Of a DNA stretch of 64,000 nucleotides, positions 20,043 to 30,232 are shown one piece after another. This DNA is from Gammaproteobacteria bacterium. GTDB taxonomy: Bacteria > Pseudomonadota > Gammaproteobacteria > Steroidobacterales > Rariloculaceae. A program made the translations under genes and the position numbers. Numbering within the stretch: the stretch's first letter is position 1; each line of letters begins with the position of its first letter. The DNA is taken from the NCBI GenBank assembly GCA_050485685.1, contig JBJHBW010000015.1, positions 7,733 through 71,732 of the forward strand, given 5' to 3'. Under the pieces are notes generated by a model. The model searched no databases. It was not told where the DNA came from and saw only the letters and a list, made by a program, of their open reading frames with translations.

Positions 20043-21346
20043 GCATGGAGGCCATCAGTGCTGCCTTTGACGCTGCACGCAATGAACTGCCGGGCGGCCT
20101 CGCTGCCGGGCAACTGAGAGAAAGGGCCATGGCCGCCTTTCGCGAGCAGGGGCTGCCCGACCGGCGCATGGAGAACTGGAAGTACACCGACATCAAGTCG
20201 CTTGCATCCAGACCGTTGAACCTGTTGCCGGCCTGCCCTGTCGCTGCGGACATCAGCAAGCTGCATGAGCTGGTGGCACCACTTTGCCCAGACGGTGTAA
20301 CTCGGATGGTGTTCGTGGACGGTCACCACATTGCACAGGCAAGTTCGCCATTCGCGAGCAATGGTGCGTTACGCGTGAGCAGTCTGCGAGATGAATGGGA
20401 AAATCTGCAACGTACCCATGCTCCCCGGAACCGGCTGGACGAACATCCACTGGCATTATTGAACACTGCGCTTGCCCAGGACGGCGCATGGATAGAGGCC
20501 ACAGCGGACCAGACCAACTTCGCCCCGGTTCACCTGGTTTTTGTCTCCAGCGGAACAACGGATCTGTCACCGCAACCGCGTATCGTCATCGACCTTGGCG
20601 CCAATGTCAGCCTGCAGGTGGTGATCCGATTCGTGGACATGGGCGATGCCGATGGCTGGATCAACGCCGTGACCCAGATACGGCAGGCTTCCGGTTCCTC
20701 ACTGGACCTGCTGCGGATTCAGGACCATGGACCCGCACGAAACCACACCGGACTGACAGTAGCCGACCTCCACACGGATGCCACCCTTCGGTACGGCTGC
20801 GTCGATCTGGGCGGCAGGCTGATACGTAACGACACCGAGATCCGGCTGCTGGATGCCGGCGCAAACACCGATCTGTACGGATTGTTTTTCACTGCGGATG
20901 GACAGCATGTCGACAATCACACCAGAGTCGATCATATCGCTCCGCAGACACTGAGCAGCGAAGTGTTTCGCGGCATTGCCGCCACCGGAGGCCGCGGCGT
21001 TTTCAACGGCAAAGTGGTCGTACACCCGGGCGCTGCTCGCATTGAAGCAAGACAAAGCAGCGACAACCTGCTGCTGGGTGAAAGGGCCGAGATCGATACC
21101 AAGCCCGAGCTGGAAATCTATTCCGATGACGTCAAGTGCACTCATGGCGCCACGGTAGGTGAGCTGGATGAGGAGCATCTCTACTATCTGCGCGCACGCG
21201 GAATAGGCGAATCCGACGCACGCAGCATGCTGACCTCTGCCTTTGCGAATGTCGTCATCAACGAGGTTCGCGACAGCACGTTACGGGACCAGCTCGGCAG
21301 CCGGGTACGGGAGCAGCTTGCACAATACACGGGAGTAAATGCCTGA
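20039..21346 (+). CDS. sufD: Fe-S assembly protein SufD
   Basis: ENWKYT, FNGKVVV, EIDTKPELEIYSDDVKCTHGATVG. Confidence 0.95.
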   Translation: MSMEAISAAFDAARNELPGGLAAGQLRERAMAAFREQGLPDRRMENWKYTDIKSLASRPLNLLPACPVAADISKLHELVAPLCPDGVTRMVFVDGHHIAQASSPFASNGALRVSSLRDEWENLQRTHAPRNRLDEHPLALLNTALAQDGAWIEATADQTNFAPVHLVFVSSGTTDLSPQPRIVIDLGANVSLQVVIRFVDMGDADGWINAVTQIRQASGSSLDLLRIQDHGPARNHTGLTVADLHTDATLRYGCVDLGGRLIRNDTEIRLLDAGANTDLYGLFFTADGQHVDNHTRVDHIAPQTLSSEVFRGIAATGGRGVFNGKVVVHPGAARIEARQSSDNLLLGERAEIDTKPELEIYSDDVKCTHGATVGELDEEHLYYLRARGIGESDARSMLTSAFANVVINEVRDSTLRDQLGSRVREQLAQYTGVNA

Positions 21347-22611
21347 TGGTCAACGTCAACCCGACTCCGGGAATCGACCGAGCATCCGGGCTGATTACCG
21401 ACATCTCCACACTTCGGGCCGATTTTCCGACCCTTGATCAGCGGATAAAGGGCCACCCGTTGACCTATCTCGACAGCGCGGCATCAGCACAGGCACCCAG
21501 ACAGGTGCTTGAAGCCATGTGGACGCAGCGCACGCGCAATCATGCCAATGTGCACCGCGGAGTCCATAGCCTCAGCGAGCGCTCCACGGTGGCCTATGAG
21601 GGTTCCCGGGACCGCATTCGCGCCTGGCTCAATGCAGCGTCGAGAGAGGAGATCATCTTCACACGTGGCACCACTGAGAGCATCAACCTGGTCGCTGCAA
21701 GTCTCGGCCGCTCGCAGCTTGCGAAAGGTGACGAAGTTCTGGTCAGTGCCATGGAGCATCACTCCAACATCGTGCCCTGGCAGATCGCATGTGAGCAGGC
21801 CGGTGCACGCCTCGTAGCAGTCCCGATCACGCAATCCGGCGAGATCGACCGCGAGGCTTTCTCGCGACTGCTGGGTCCGCGCACGCGGATCGTCTCTCTG
21901 GTTCACGTTTCGAATGCGCTCGGCACCATCAACCCGCTGCAGGAACTCATCGCTGAAGCTCGCGCCGCCGGCGCTGTCGTGCTGATCGATGGCGCACAAG
22001 CGATGCCTCATCTTCGTGTGGATGTGCAGGCGCTGGACTGCGATTTCTACGCTTTCTCGGGGCACAAGATGTATGGTCCGACCGGAATCGGTGTGCTGTA
22101 CGGTCGCCGTGCGCTGCTGGAGTCCATGCCCCCGTATCAGGGCGGCGGCGAGATGATCCTCACCGTCACATTCGAGAAGAGTACTTACAATGCGCTGCCT
22201 TACAGGTTCGAGGCAGGTACACCCAATATCACCGGTGCAGTCGGACTGGGCGCAGCCGTGGACTATCTCTCACGTGTGGATTTCGACGCTCTGGCCGACT
22301 ACGAGCAGTCACTTCTGGAGTACGCCACGTCTGCCCTGCTAGCCGTGCCCGGGACCCGGATCATAGGAACGGCCGGGCACAAGGCTGGAGTCCTGTCATT
22401 TGTAGTTGATGGAATCCACGCCCATGACCTGGGCACCATCGTCGATTCAGATGGCGTTGCCATCCGTACAGGCCATCATTGCGCAATGCCCGTCATGGAC
22501 TTCTTCGGCGTATCGGCGACGGCCCGGGCCTCTTTCGGCCTTTACAACAACCGGGACGATGTCGATCGACTGATCGCCGGCATCAGGAAGGCGCTGGAGA
22601 TCTTTGCATGA
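21346..22611 (+). CDS. sufS: Cysteine desulfurase SufS
   Basis: YLDSAAS, ANVHRG, PLP Lys in SGHKMYGP, RTGHHCA. Confidence 0.96.
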   Translation: MVNVNPTPGIDRASGLITDISTLRADFPTLDQRIKGHPLTYLDSAASAQAPRQVLEAMWTQRTRNHANVHRGVHSLSERSTVAYEGSRDRIRAWLNAASREEIIFTRGTTESINLVAASLGRSQLAKGDEVLVSAMEHHSNIVPWQIACEQAGARLVAVPITQSGEIDREAFSRLLGPRTRIVSLVHVSNALGTINPLQELIAEARAAGAVVLIDGAQAMPHLRVDVQALDCDFYAFSGHKMYGPTGIGVLYGRRALLESMPPYQGGGEMILTVTFEKSTYNALPYRFEAGTPNITGAVGLGAAVDYLSRVDFDALADYEQSLLEYATSALLAVPGTRIIGTAGHKAGVLSFVVDGIHAHDLGTIVDSDGVAIRTGHHCAMPVMDFFGVSATARASFGLYNNRDDVDRLIAGIRKALEIFA

Positions 22612-23054
22612 ACGAACTGCAGGAGCTGTACAGGGAAGTCATCCTTGATCACAACCGTCATCCGCGCAACTTCGGCAAGCTTGAAAACGCCGACCGCGTA
22701 ATCGACGGAGTGAATCCGCTGTGTGGCGACAAGATGACGCTATACATGAAACTCGAAAATGACCGCATTACCGACCTTCAGTTCGAAGGAACGGGCTGCG
22801 CGATCTCGGTTGCCTCTTCGTCACTGATGACCGAGAGGGTGAAGGGAATGAGCCGCCAGGAGGCGTTGGATCTATTCCATACGGTACACGACATGCTGAC
22901 CGGTAACGACTCGGCACCGCTGGAGGAACTGGACAAACTCGCGGCACTGGCCGGCGTGCGGGATTTCCCCAGCCGCGTGAAGTGCGCCAGCCTTGCATGG
23001 CATGCGCTGGACGCGGCCCTTGAAAGCTCGGCGGATAAAGTGACCACGGAGTAA
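22608..23054 (+). CDS. sufU: SUF-system NifU-family sulfur acceptor SufU
   Basis: LYREVILDH, NPLCGD, GCAIS, RVKCASLAW; lacks the IscU LPPVK motif. ATG overlaps the sufS stop. Confidence 0.88.
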   Translation: MNELQELYREVILDHNRHPRNFGKLENADRVIDGVNPLCGDKMTLYMKLENDRITDLQFEGTGCAISVASSSLMTERVKGMSRQEALDLFHTVHDMLTGNDSAPLEELDKLAALAGVRDFPSRVKCASLAWHALDAALESSADKVTTE

Positions 23055-23058
23055 GGGC

Positions 23059-23610
23059 ATGCGGCATTCACGAAACGAACCTGTCACGCTTCGCAGGGAT
23101 TGCGACGCGGTACTGATCCCGGCCGGCGAGAAAGTACGCCTGCCGCAAGGGATCACCGGTTTCATCACACAGGCCCTGGGCGGCAGCTTTACTGTTTACA
23201 TCGAGGGCAACCTGTTCCGTGTTGCCGGCATCGATGCCGACGCCATCGGTCAGGAACCGGTGAAACCACCCGAGGTACCTGACAACGCCAGTAATGAGGA
23301 AATCGAGGCCGTGATCTGGCAACAGCTTCGCACCTGCTTTGATCCGGAAATTCCGATCAACATCGTAGACCTTGGCCTGATCTACGAATGTCGCGTTGAG
23401 CAGATGGCGCCGGGACACCGCGCGGTGTTCATCAGGATGACCCTCACCGCCCCGGGCTGCGGCATGGGAGACATTCTCGCTGAGGACGTGCGCGAAAAAG
23501 TCAGCATAATTCCGACCATAGACAGCGCCGAAGTGGAACTCGTGTTCGATCCACCATGGAACCAGAGCATGATGTCGGAAGAGGCACGTCTGGAGGCCGG
23601 CCTGCTATAG
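23059..23610 (+). CDS. sufT: Fe-S cluster assembly protein SufT (DUF59/PaaD-like)
   Basis: DPEIPINIVDLGLIY, TLTAPGCGMG, FDPPWNQSMMSEEARL. Confidence 0.9.
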   Translation: MRHSRNEPVTLRRDCDAVLIPAGEKVRLPQGITGFITQALGGSFTVYIEGNLFRVAGIDADAIGQEPVKPPEVPDNASNEEIEAVIWQQLRTCFDPEIPINIVDLGLIYECRVEQMAPGHRAVFIRMTLTAPGCGMGDILAEDVREKVSIIPTIDSAEVELVFDPPWNQSMMSEEARLEAGLL

Positions 23611-24156
23611 ATGGCGATATTGCGGGAAAGCCAATCCATGTCCGACCGGTCACCGCCGTCACGGCACCTGCTGCTGATGCGTCATGCCAAGTCAGACTGG
23701 AACGACACCACGCTGGCCGATCACGACAGGCCGCTGGCTCCCCGCGGAATGAAGAATGCGCCGGATATGGCCGCACGCATCGCAGCACACGGCAGCAAGG
23801 CCGAACTGATACTCAGCAGTTCGGCGCGTCGTGCCCTGCAGACGGCACATGTGCTGGCTGATGCGCTGTCGGTCCCGCCGGACAGGCTGCACGTAGTTGC
23901 CGGGCTTTATCTCGCCTCAGCCGCCAGGATGCTGGCCGTCATCCGCGCACAGTCTGATGATGCAATTTCGCTGGCGTTGGTCGGTCACAATCCTGGCATC
24001 ACCGATCTGGTCAATGACCTGCTCAGCGACGTACATCTGGATAATCTGCCCACGGCCGGCGTGATCGCCATCAGCTCAAGCGCGCCGCGGTGGCAGGATA
24101 TAGGCGCGGACAACACGAGTCTCGAGTATTACGACTTCCCGAAAAAACCTCGCTGA
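23611..24156 (+). CDS. sixA: Phosphohistidine phosphatase (SixA family)
   Basis: LMRHAKS, DRPLAPRG, VGHNPG. Confidence 0.85.
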   Translation: MAILRESQSMSDRSPPSRHLLLMRHAKSDWNDTTLADHDRPLAPRGMKNAPDMAARIAAHGSKAELILSSSARRALQTAHVLADALSVPPDRLHVVAGLYLASAARMLAVIRAQSDDAISLALVGHNPGITDLVNDLLSDVHLDNLPTAGVIAISSSAPRWQDIGADNTSLEYYDFPKKPR

Positions 24157-24169
24157 AGCAGGATCTGCT

Positions 24170-24592
24170 TCAGTCTTCCAATGCGTCGTGTTCGCGTTTC
24201 GATCTCAGCAGTCGTCGGGTGCGCTTGTCCGGTCGCCCTCGGGTAGGCGGCAGGGGCAGTGACGCCAATACCTTGCGTTGTTCCGCTGCTGCCTCACGTC
24301 GCGCGACTGAAGCTTCGGTCTCCCTGTAGTGCTGACGCGCCTCGGCAGCCGGTCCGCGGCGCAGAGGAATACCTGTCACCTCAACCTCAAGCAAAGTGCC
24401 CGATCCCGTCACGGAAATGACATCGCCTATCCTGATCGTGTGCGATGCCTTCACCCGCTGTTCGTTCACCCTGACATGCCCGCCGCGAACGCCGCCAGCC
24501 GCTGCGGTGCGTGTCTTGAAGAACCGCGCGCACCACAACCACCGATCGACCCGCAGCTGCTCGGAATCTGTCCTGGCAGAGCTGTCCGCCAT
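24170..24592 (-). CDS. hslR: Ribosome-associated heat shock protein Hsp15 (S4 domain)
   Basis: RVDRWLWCARFFKTR, RRGPAAEA, GRPDKRTRR. Confidence 0.9.
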   Translation of the reverse strand: MADSSARTDSEQLRVDRWLWCARFFKTRTAAAGGVRGGHVRVNEQRVKASHTIRIGDVISVTGSGTLLEVEVTGIPLRRGPAAEARQHYRETEASVARREAAAEQRKVLASLPLPPTRGRPDKRTRRLLRSKREHDALED

Positions 24593-24604
24593 GAGTGCGT
24601 CCCG

Positions 24605-26464
24605 TCAGCGCACGTCGCAGAAACAGTAGGCGTAGATTCCGCGCGGATCGTTGAAACGACGAGCGAACTCAAGCGGTTCCCGCGTCGCATCGAGCAACGC
24701 CTTCAGTGATCCGGACAGTGGGAAGTCAAGCTGCAGCGCACTGATCAGCGGGCTGCCGATTTTCACCATCTCCATCGCAAGTCTTTCTGCGAAACCCAGC
24801 GGCGGCGTGAACGGTTCGATTTGGTAGCGGTCCTCCTCCAGGCCCGCGAGTTCGGCTGCCGCACGAATCGCATCGTCCAGCTGACCCAGTTCGTCCACCA
24901 GTCCAAGTTCCTGTGCCTGCGCACCCGTCCATACGCGGCCGCGGGCTGCCGCTTCCACCGCCTCCGCAGTCATATCCCGGTGTGTGGCCACTTTCTCCAT
25001 GAACTCACGATACAGCCATGAGACAGAGTGGCCGATAAGTTCTCGCCCGCTGTCGCTGAGCTCCCGGGTCACGTCGAAAAGCTCTGAAATTTCGGTGGTC
25101 CCCACGCCGTCCACATGAACCCCGATCGCTTCCAGCGACCGCTGAAACGTCGGCAAAGTCGCCCCCACGCCAATGGAGCCTGTCAGCGTGGAAGGACTGG
25201 CATAGATCCGGTCCGCCGCCATGGATATCCAGTAACCTCCGGACGCGGCCACACTGCCCATGGATACGACAAGCGGCCTGCCGGTCTCCTGGAAGGCTTC
25301 CAGCTCCCGCAGAATAACTTCGGACGCAAATGCGCTCCCGCCGGGGCTGTCCACGCGCAGCACCAGCGCCTTGACGTCATCGTCGTTCGTGGCAGCGCGT
25401 ATCAGTCTGGCCGTTGAGTCGCCACCCACGCTTCCCGGCGGCTGACTGCCGTCCAGGATGGTCCCCACCGCATGCACCAGAGCCACCTTGTCAGTCACTG
25501 CAGTGCGGCGTGACAGCGAACCGGATGCCTGTAATGCGCGCAGATAATCGCTATGTGAGACCTGCGGATAGCTGTCGGAAGAATCATCCGCATCCACCAG
25601 CTCGCGAACGCGCGCGCGCATCTCATCTCGTGCCAGCAGCTCATCAACGAGTCCCTGCTCCACTGCCAGTCGGCCACCATCTCCGCCCGTGGCCGCCAGC
25701 AGCCGAGCCGCATCGTCCGCATAGTTCTGCAGGGCATTGCCCGGAAGCCCTCGCACCTCCGTGACGCCGCGCTGGTACTCACCCCACAGGCCGCCCAGAT
25801 AAGCTTCCCTGGCTTCGCGGTCTTCATCGGACATGTCATCGCGTGTCACAGGCTCCACGAATGACTTGTACTCCCCCGCTGTCCACACGTTGTAGTCAAC
25901 ATACAGTCGGTCAAGCAGCGATTTGTAATACGGCGTGTACTGACCGTAGCCGTCGATAAGGACGAATCCCATCGGATGCATGAAGACCCGGTCGGCATGG
26001 GCGGCCAGATAGTACTGGTTGCGTGAGTAGCCATCGCCGATTGCCACAATCGGTTTGCCGCTTTCCCTGAAGTAAGAGATCGCCGCGGCAAGCTCCTCGA
26101 GTTTGCTGAGACCGGCCGACTCGAGGCGATCCAGCTCCAGCACAAGCACGCGAATGCGGTCATCGTCACGGGCCGACCGGATGGCGTCTATCAGGTCCTG
26201 CAGCAAAGTCTCGCCAAATGGCCGGCCCTGAGCCCTGGCAAGCGCCCGCTGCAGCGGGTCGCCGGACAGCTGATCGACCAGTGCACCCTGTGGTGCAATT
26301 CGCAGCGCGGCGGCACGCGGAACCTGGGGAGGCTCTGGCATCAGCACACCGAGCACCACAGCGAGCAGGATCAGCAGGAACAGCAGATGCAGGACTTTGC
26401 GCAGACCATCCAGCCCGCGCCACAGCCCGCGAAAAAAGCGCATCAGCGCCGACAGATAAGCCAT
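24605..26464 (-). CDS. sppA: Signal peptide peptidase SppA (67K type)
   Basis: GEYKSFVEP, LRVDSPGGS, SMGSVAASGGYW, TGSIGV. Start trimmed to ATG 26464. Confidence 0.93.
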   Translation of the reverse strand: MAYLSALMRFFRGLWRGLDGLRKVLHLLFLLILLAVVLGVLMPEPPQVPRAAALRIAPQGALVDQLSGDPLQRALARAQGRPFGETLLQDLIDAIRSARDDDRIRVLVLELDRLESAGLSKLEELAAAISYFRESGKPIVAIGDGYSRNQYYLAAHADRVFMHPMGFVLIDGYGQYTPYYKSLLDRLYVDYNVWTAGEYKSFVEPVTRDDMSDEDREAREAYLGGLWGEYQRGVTEVRGLPGNALQNYADDAARLLAATGGDGGRLAVEQGLVDELLARDEMRARVRELVDADDSSDSYPQVSHSDYLRALQASGSLSRRTAVTDKVALVHAVGTILDGSQPPGSVGGDSTARLIRAATNDDDVKALVLRVDSPGGSAFASEVILRELEAFQETGRPLVVSMGSVAASGGYWISMAADRIYASPSTLTGSIGVGATLPTFQRSLEAIGVHVDGVGTTEISELFDVTRELSDSGRELIGHSVSWLYREFMEKVATHRDMTAEAVEAAARGRVWTGAQAQELGLVDELGQLDDAIRAAAELAGLEEDRYQIEPFTPPLGFAERLAMEMVKIGSPLISALQLDFPLSGSLKALLDATREPLEFARRFNDPRGIYAYCFCDVR

Positions 26465-26495
26465 GACCTGAAACCTCCGGTTGCAGTCCGGCACA

Positions 26496-27752
26496 CTAGC
26501 CGGCCCACCATAATGACAGCCAGGGCCAGAATGCAATCATCACCACTGACACGAGCAGCACCAGAAAGAAGGGCAATGTCGCAAGATAAACCTCGATGAT
26601 GTCCTTGCCGAACCGGTGACTGGCAATAAACAGATTCAGACCTACCGGCGGCGTCAGGTAGCCCAGTTCCATGGCCGCCAGAAAGACAATGCCAAGGTGC
26701 ACGGGATGGATGTCGTACATCATCGCGACAGGCAGGATCAACGGCACGACCAGCACGATGGCAGAAAAGATGTCCAGAAAAGCTCCGAGAATCAGCAGGA
26801 ACAGCAGCAACAGGAGCAGGAATGTCGTCCGCCCGGACACATATTCGCTGATCAGTTCGAACATGCGCTGCGGAACACCCGCATCGATCATGTAGTTCGT
26901 CGAAGCCAGGGACACGCCGAGGATCATCAGGATCGCGCCAACCAGGATCATGGATTCACGCGTGATCCGCGGCAGTTGCCGCAGTGGTATTTCGCGCAGG
27001 ATCACGAACTCCACCAGCAATACGTAAACTGCAGTGACCGCCGCGGCTTCAGATACCGCGAAGTAGCCGCTGTAGATTCCGCCCAGAATCACGAACGGCA
27101 ACGGCAGCTCCCAACGTGCGGCAGCCAGTGCACCGAGCACCTCGCGGCCGGACACCTTGCGATCGGGCACCAGCAGGTGCCGATTACGCCAGTAGCTGTA
27201 AAGACACAGCACACCGACCATCAGCAAGCCGGGCAGAATGCCGGCAAGGAACAGATCGTCGACAGGAACACCACCTACAACGCCATACAGAATCAGCGGC
27301 AAAGAGGGTGCAAACAGCAGCCCAAGGCTTCCTGCGGTTGTGACCAGGCCCAGCGTAAACTTGCTGTCATAGCCCGCCTTGACCATTGCAGGGAAAAACA
27401 ACGCTCCCAGCGCGATGATGGTGACGCCGGAGGCTCCGGTAAACGCCGTGAACAGCGCGCAGGTCGCCAGCGCAATCATCGCAAGCCCGCCGGGCAGCCA
27501 GCCCAGCAGCGCCTCGGAAAGCCTCACCAGGCGCCGCGGCGCGCCGCCCTCGCTGATCAGGAAGCCGGCGAAGGTGAACAGCGGGATCGCGACCAGGACC
27601 GGCATCTCTGCCAGACCGAAAAACTCCAGTGCCAAAACGGACAGGTCGATACCTGAGCCGTGGTATCCAAGCATTGCACTGGCGGCGATGATCGCGAACA
27701 GCGGTGTGCCGAGAAGGGCCAGCACCAGCAGCACAAGCGCAATCAGCAGCAT
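26496..27752 (-). CDS. TRAP transporter large permease (DctM)
   Basis: AIPLFTFAG, GSLGLLFAPS, TPPVGLNLF; highly hydrophobic. Confidence 0.92.
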   Translation of the reverse strand: MLLIALVLLVLALLGTPLFAIIAASAMLGYHGSGIDLSVLALEFFGLAEMPVLVAIPLFTFAGFLISEGGAPRRLVRLSEALLGWLPGGLAMIALATCALFTAFTGASGVTIIALGALFFPAMVKAGYDSKFTLGLVTTAGSLGLLFAPSLPLILYGVVGGVPVDDLFLAGILPGLLMVGVLCLYSYWRNRHLLVPDRKVSGREVLGALAAARWELPLPFVILGGIYSGYFAVSEAAAVTAVYVLLVEFVILREIPLRQLPRITRESMILVGAILMILGVSLASTNYMIDAGVPQRMFELISEYVSGRTTFLLLLLLFLLILGAFLDIFSAIVLVVPLILPVAMMYDIHPVHLGIVFLAAMELGYLTPPVGLNLFIASHRFGKDIIEVYLATLPFFLVLLVSVVMIAFWPWLSLWWAG

Positions 27753-27753
27753 G

Positions 27754-28251
27754 TCAGCGCCCGCCTGTCGCTTCGCTGGCGGCGTGCCAGAGATATCTCA
27801 ACGCGATCACAGCAAAGCCCGCAGGCATGATCAGCTGCAGTATCCACGCAGGCCAGTTATCCACGAGCACGTCACCGAACTCACGGGAGTCCGCGACAAA
27901 TGCCCATGCATACCAGGCAAGCAGCACCATGACACCTGCCGTAAACAGGCAGGTCGCTACAGCCGCTGCACGACGTGCCAGCGGAGGGAAGTTGCGGGTC
28001 AGTACATCAATCGCGATATGGCGCCGTTCACGAGCGGCAGCCATCGCAGCCAGCAGGGCCAGCCAGAGTACCGCCAGGCGTATCGTGCCATCCGTCCACG
28101 CGAGGCCGATCGAGAACACGTTGCGCAGTACGATCTGCGAACTGGCCAATACGATCAGAAACACCAGAATGGCGAGCAGCAGCGCGTCCTCGACTCGCGC
28201 GATAAACTGCCCGATGCGACTCAACCAAGTGGCTGACGGGGCGGGATGCAA
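27754..28251 (-). CDS. TRAP transporter small permease (DctQ)
   Basis: Four TM segments, QIVLRNVF, HIAIDVL; located between dctP and dctM. Confidence 0.9.
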   Translation of the reverse strand: MHPAPSATWLSRIGQFIARVEDALLLAILVFLIVLASSQIVLRNVFSIGLAWTDGTIRLAVLWLALLAAMAAARERRHIAIDVLTRNFPPLARRAAAVATCLFTAGVMVLLAWYAWAFVADSREFGDVLVDNWPAWILQLIMPAGFAVIALRYLWHAASEATGGR

Positions 28252-28261
28252 GAGTCAGTGC

Positions 28262-29296
28262 TCAGTCGGAAGCCTGTGACACCGTAGCCGCGCCGGCGCG
28301 ATAATCCAGCAGCAGCGCGTGAATCCTGTCCAACATGCTGCCATCAACGTCGGCGCGACGCCTCAGCTGCGGGAATGTGCCTTCAATCGTTGCCCGCCAG
28401 CCGTCGATATCAGCATCCTGCACGGCGACGTAGCCAAGTCCGGCGTCTTCCAGTGCGCGACGCGCATCGATATTGTCCTGTCGTGACCGACGGTCCAGGT
28501 CCGCCATCACGCCTTCCATCACCTCGCGCACGATGGCCTGGTCGGCAGCAGTCAATGCGTTGAACCGTGCCGCGTCCAGTGCGAACACTCCCATGGAGTA
28601 CGACACGGGCAGATCCGTCACGAAACGCGTCCGCGTGTGCCACTGCATGACCAACGCGACCACAGGCGATGCCGCGACCACTTCCAGCAGACCGGTCTGC
28701 AATCCGGTCAGCACATCCGTCACCGGCAACACAACCGGGGACAGACCCATGGCTTCCATGGCCGCAAAACTGATGGGATCGTTATCCGGCACCCAGACTT
28801 TGCGCCTGCGCAGGTGATCGACCGTGGTAACCGGCTGATTGGACATCAGTTTCGCGAAACCACCCTCTACGAACCCGAATGTCACGAAACCGGCATCGTT
28901 CAGGCCCGCCTGCAGCTCGGCATCCATGCGCTCGCGCACATAGTCGACTTCTTCCAGGGACTGGAACAGCAGCGGAATCCCGTAGAGGTTCAGTGCAGTG
29001 TATCGGGCACCAAGCCCGCTGGCCGTGAAAGCACCTCCCTGCAGCTGCCCCAGACGTATGCGTCGCAACACCTGAGCATCATTGCCCATCACGCCGCCAG
29101 GATAGAATCTGATCTGAACACGCCCATCGGTGCGATCACGAATCGTCGCGGCGCCGGCGCGCATCTGCTGCATCCAGTGCGAGCCATCCGGCGCAACGCT
29201 GGCGATACGAAATTCCGTCGTCTGCGCACCCACGGACGCCGTACCCAGCACCAGTAACGCCAGACAGGCAATGAAACCTCTCGCGAATCCTTTCAT
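28262..29296 (-). CDS. TRAP substrate-binding protein (DctP / TatP-T type)
   Basis: Signal peptide, ASVAPDGSHW, FYPGGVMG, RIRLGQLQGG, ALQTGL-like LTGLQTGL. Confidence 0.9.
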   Translation of the reverse strand: MKGFARGFIACLALLVLGTASVGAQTTEFRIASVAPDGSHWMQQMRAGAATIRDRTDGRVQIRFYPGGVMGNDAQVLRRIRLGQLQGGAFTASGLGARYTALNLYGIPLLFQSLEEVDYVRERMDAELQAGLNDAGFVTFGFVEGGFAKLMSNQPVTTVDHLRRRKVWVPDNDPISFAAMEAMGLSPVVLPVTDVLTGLQTGLLEVVAASPVVALVMQWHTRTRFVTDLPVSYSMGVFALDAARFNALTAADQAIVREVMEGVMADLDRRSRQDNIDARRALEDAGLGYVAVQDADIDGWRATIEGTFPQLRRRADVDGSMLDRIHALLLDYRAGAATVSQASD

Positions 29297-30129
29297 CAGA
29301 AATACTCCTCTGCAGACGCCAGCAGCAGTTCCGCCTGACGCTGTGCCAGCACGTTGAACAGCGTGTATCCCGGGGCCTGAACGGGCGCCGCCAATACAGC
29401 GTTGAGCAACCTGTCGTGCAAATCCTGATCAAACATCATGCGCGCATATCGGCGCGCGTACTCGACCTTCAATGAGAGATCGCGGCCACCGGAAAGTTCT
29501 ATCGCGCGCTCGAAATGTGCCTGAGCCACTTCCGGCCTTCCGCCCAATGCCGGAGGACGCAGCGCATTCAATGTTCCCAGATAGCCGTGCACCGAACCCT
29601 GATCGTGCGTTTCATCCAGTTCCAGCACACGGCCCAGGGCCGCTTCCACCCAAGGCAGCTCGGCGACGGCGGACCAGTCTTCACTGGTCGCATCCAGGTG
29701 ACTGAGCCAGCTGAGAGCGAACGCGTACAGCGCGTCTATGTCCCTGCGCCGAACCTGCTGCAACTGCTCAACGAAAGTCGGGTAATCCATGCCCTCCCAC
29801 TGGCAGGCCGGACGGTATGACGCACAAATGGCCCGCTCGCCGTAACGACGGCCCTTCCCGGTCAGCTGCACAGCACGGTCAGGATCAGATTCAAAACGCG
29901 CACCGTATAGGGAAAAAAGCTGCGCGCCCGCCGACAGCAGGCCGGAATCATGGGGCCTCTGGCTGATTAAGCCGTCGATCAGCAGAAGATAGGAAGGGAC
30001 TCCGTCACGAATAAGGACGGGATCGTCCTGATTGAGAATTGCTGCCGACAGTGTGTCCGCCGCGGCCGCCCCGATGAGGCGGCCGCATGCGGTCGTGGCC
30101 AGCATGGCGGCAAGTGCCACCGCGACCAT
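29296..30129 (-). CDS. TRAP transporter TatT-family lipoprotein
   Basis: Lipobox TTAC, QDDPVLIRDGVPSYLLLIDGL, helical-repeat content, HFERAIELSGGR; directly upstream of dctP. Start uncertain (30129-30213). Confidence 0.8.
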   Translation of the reverse strand: MVAVALAAMLATTACGRLIGAAAADTLSAAILNQDDPVLIRDGVPSYLLLIDGLISQRPHDSGLLSAGAQLFSLYGARFESDPDRAVQLTGKGRRYGERAICASYRPACQWEGMDYPTFVEQLQQVRRRDIDALYAFALSWLSHLDATSEDWSAVAELPWVEAALGRVLELDETHDQGSVHGYLGTLNALRPPALGGRPEVAQAHFERAIELSGGRDLSLKVEYARRYARMMFDQDLHDRLLNAVLAAPVQAPGYTLFNVLAQRQAELLLASAEEYF

Positions 30130-30232
30130 GGCAGTGCGCTGCCACACGGGTCGGGAATGCTGCCGGAGCCGGGAAGCGCACACGATGACTTGTAGACCGG
30201 CGATCCGGTTCACGCGCGGGAAATGCGCGTGC

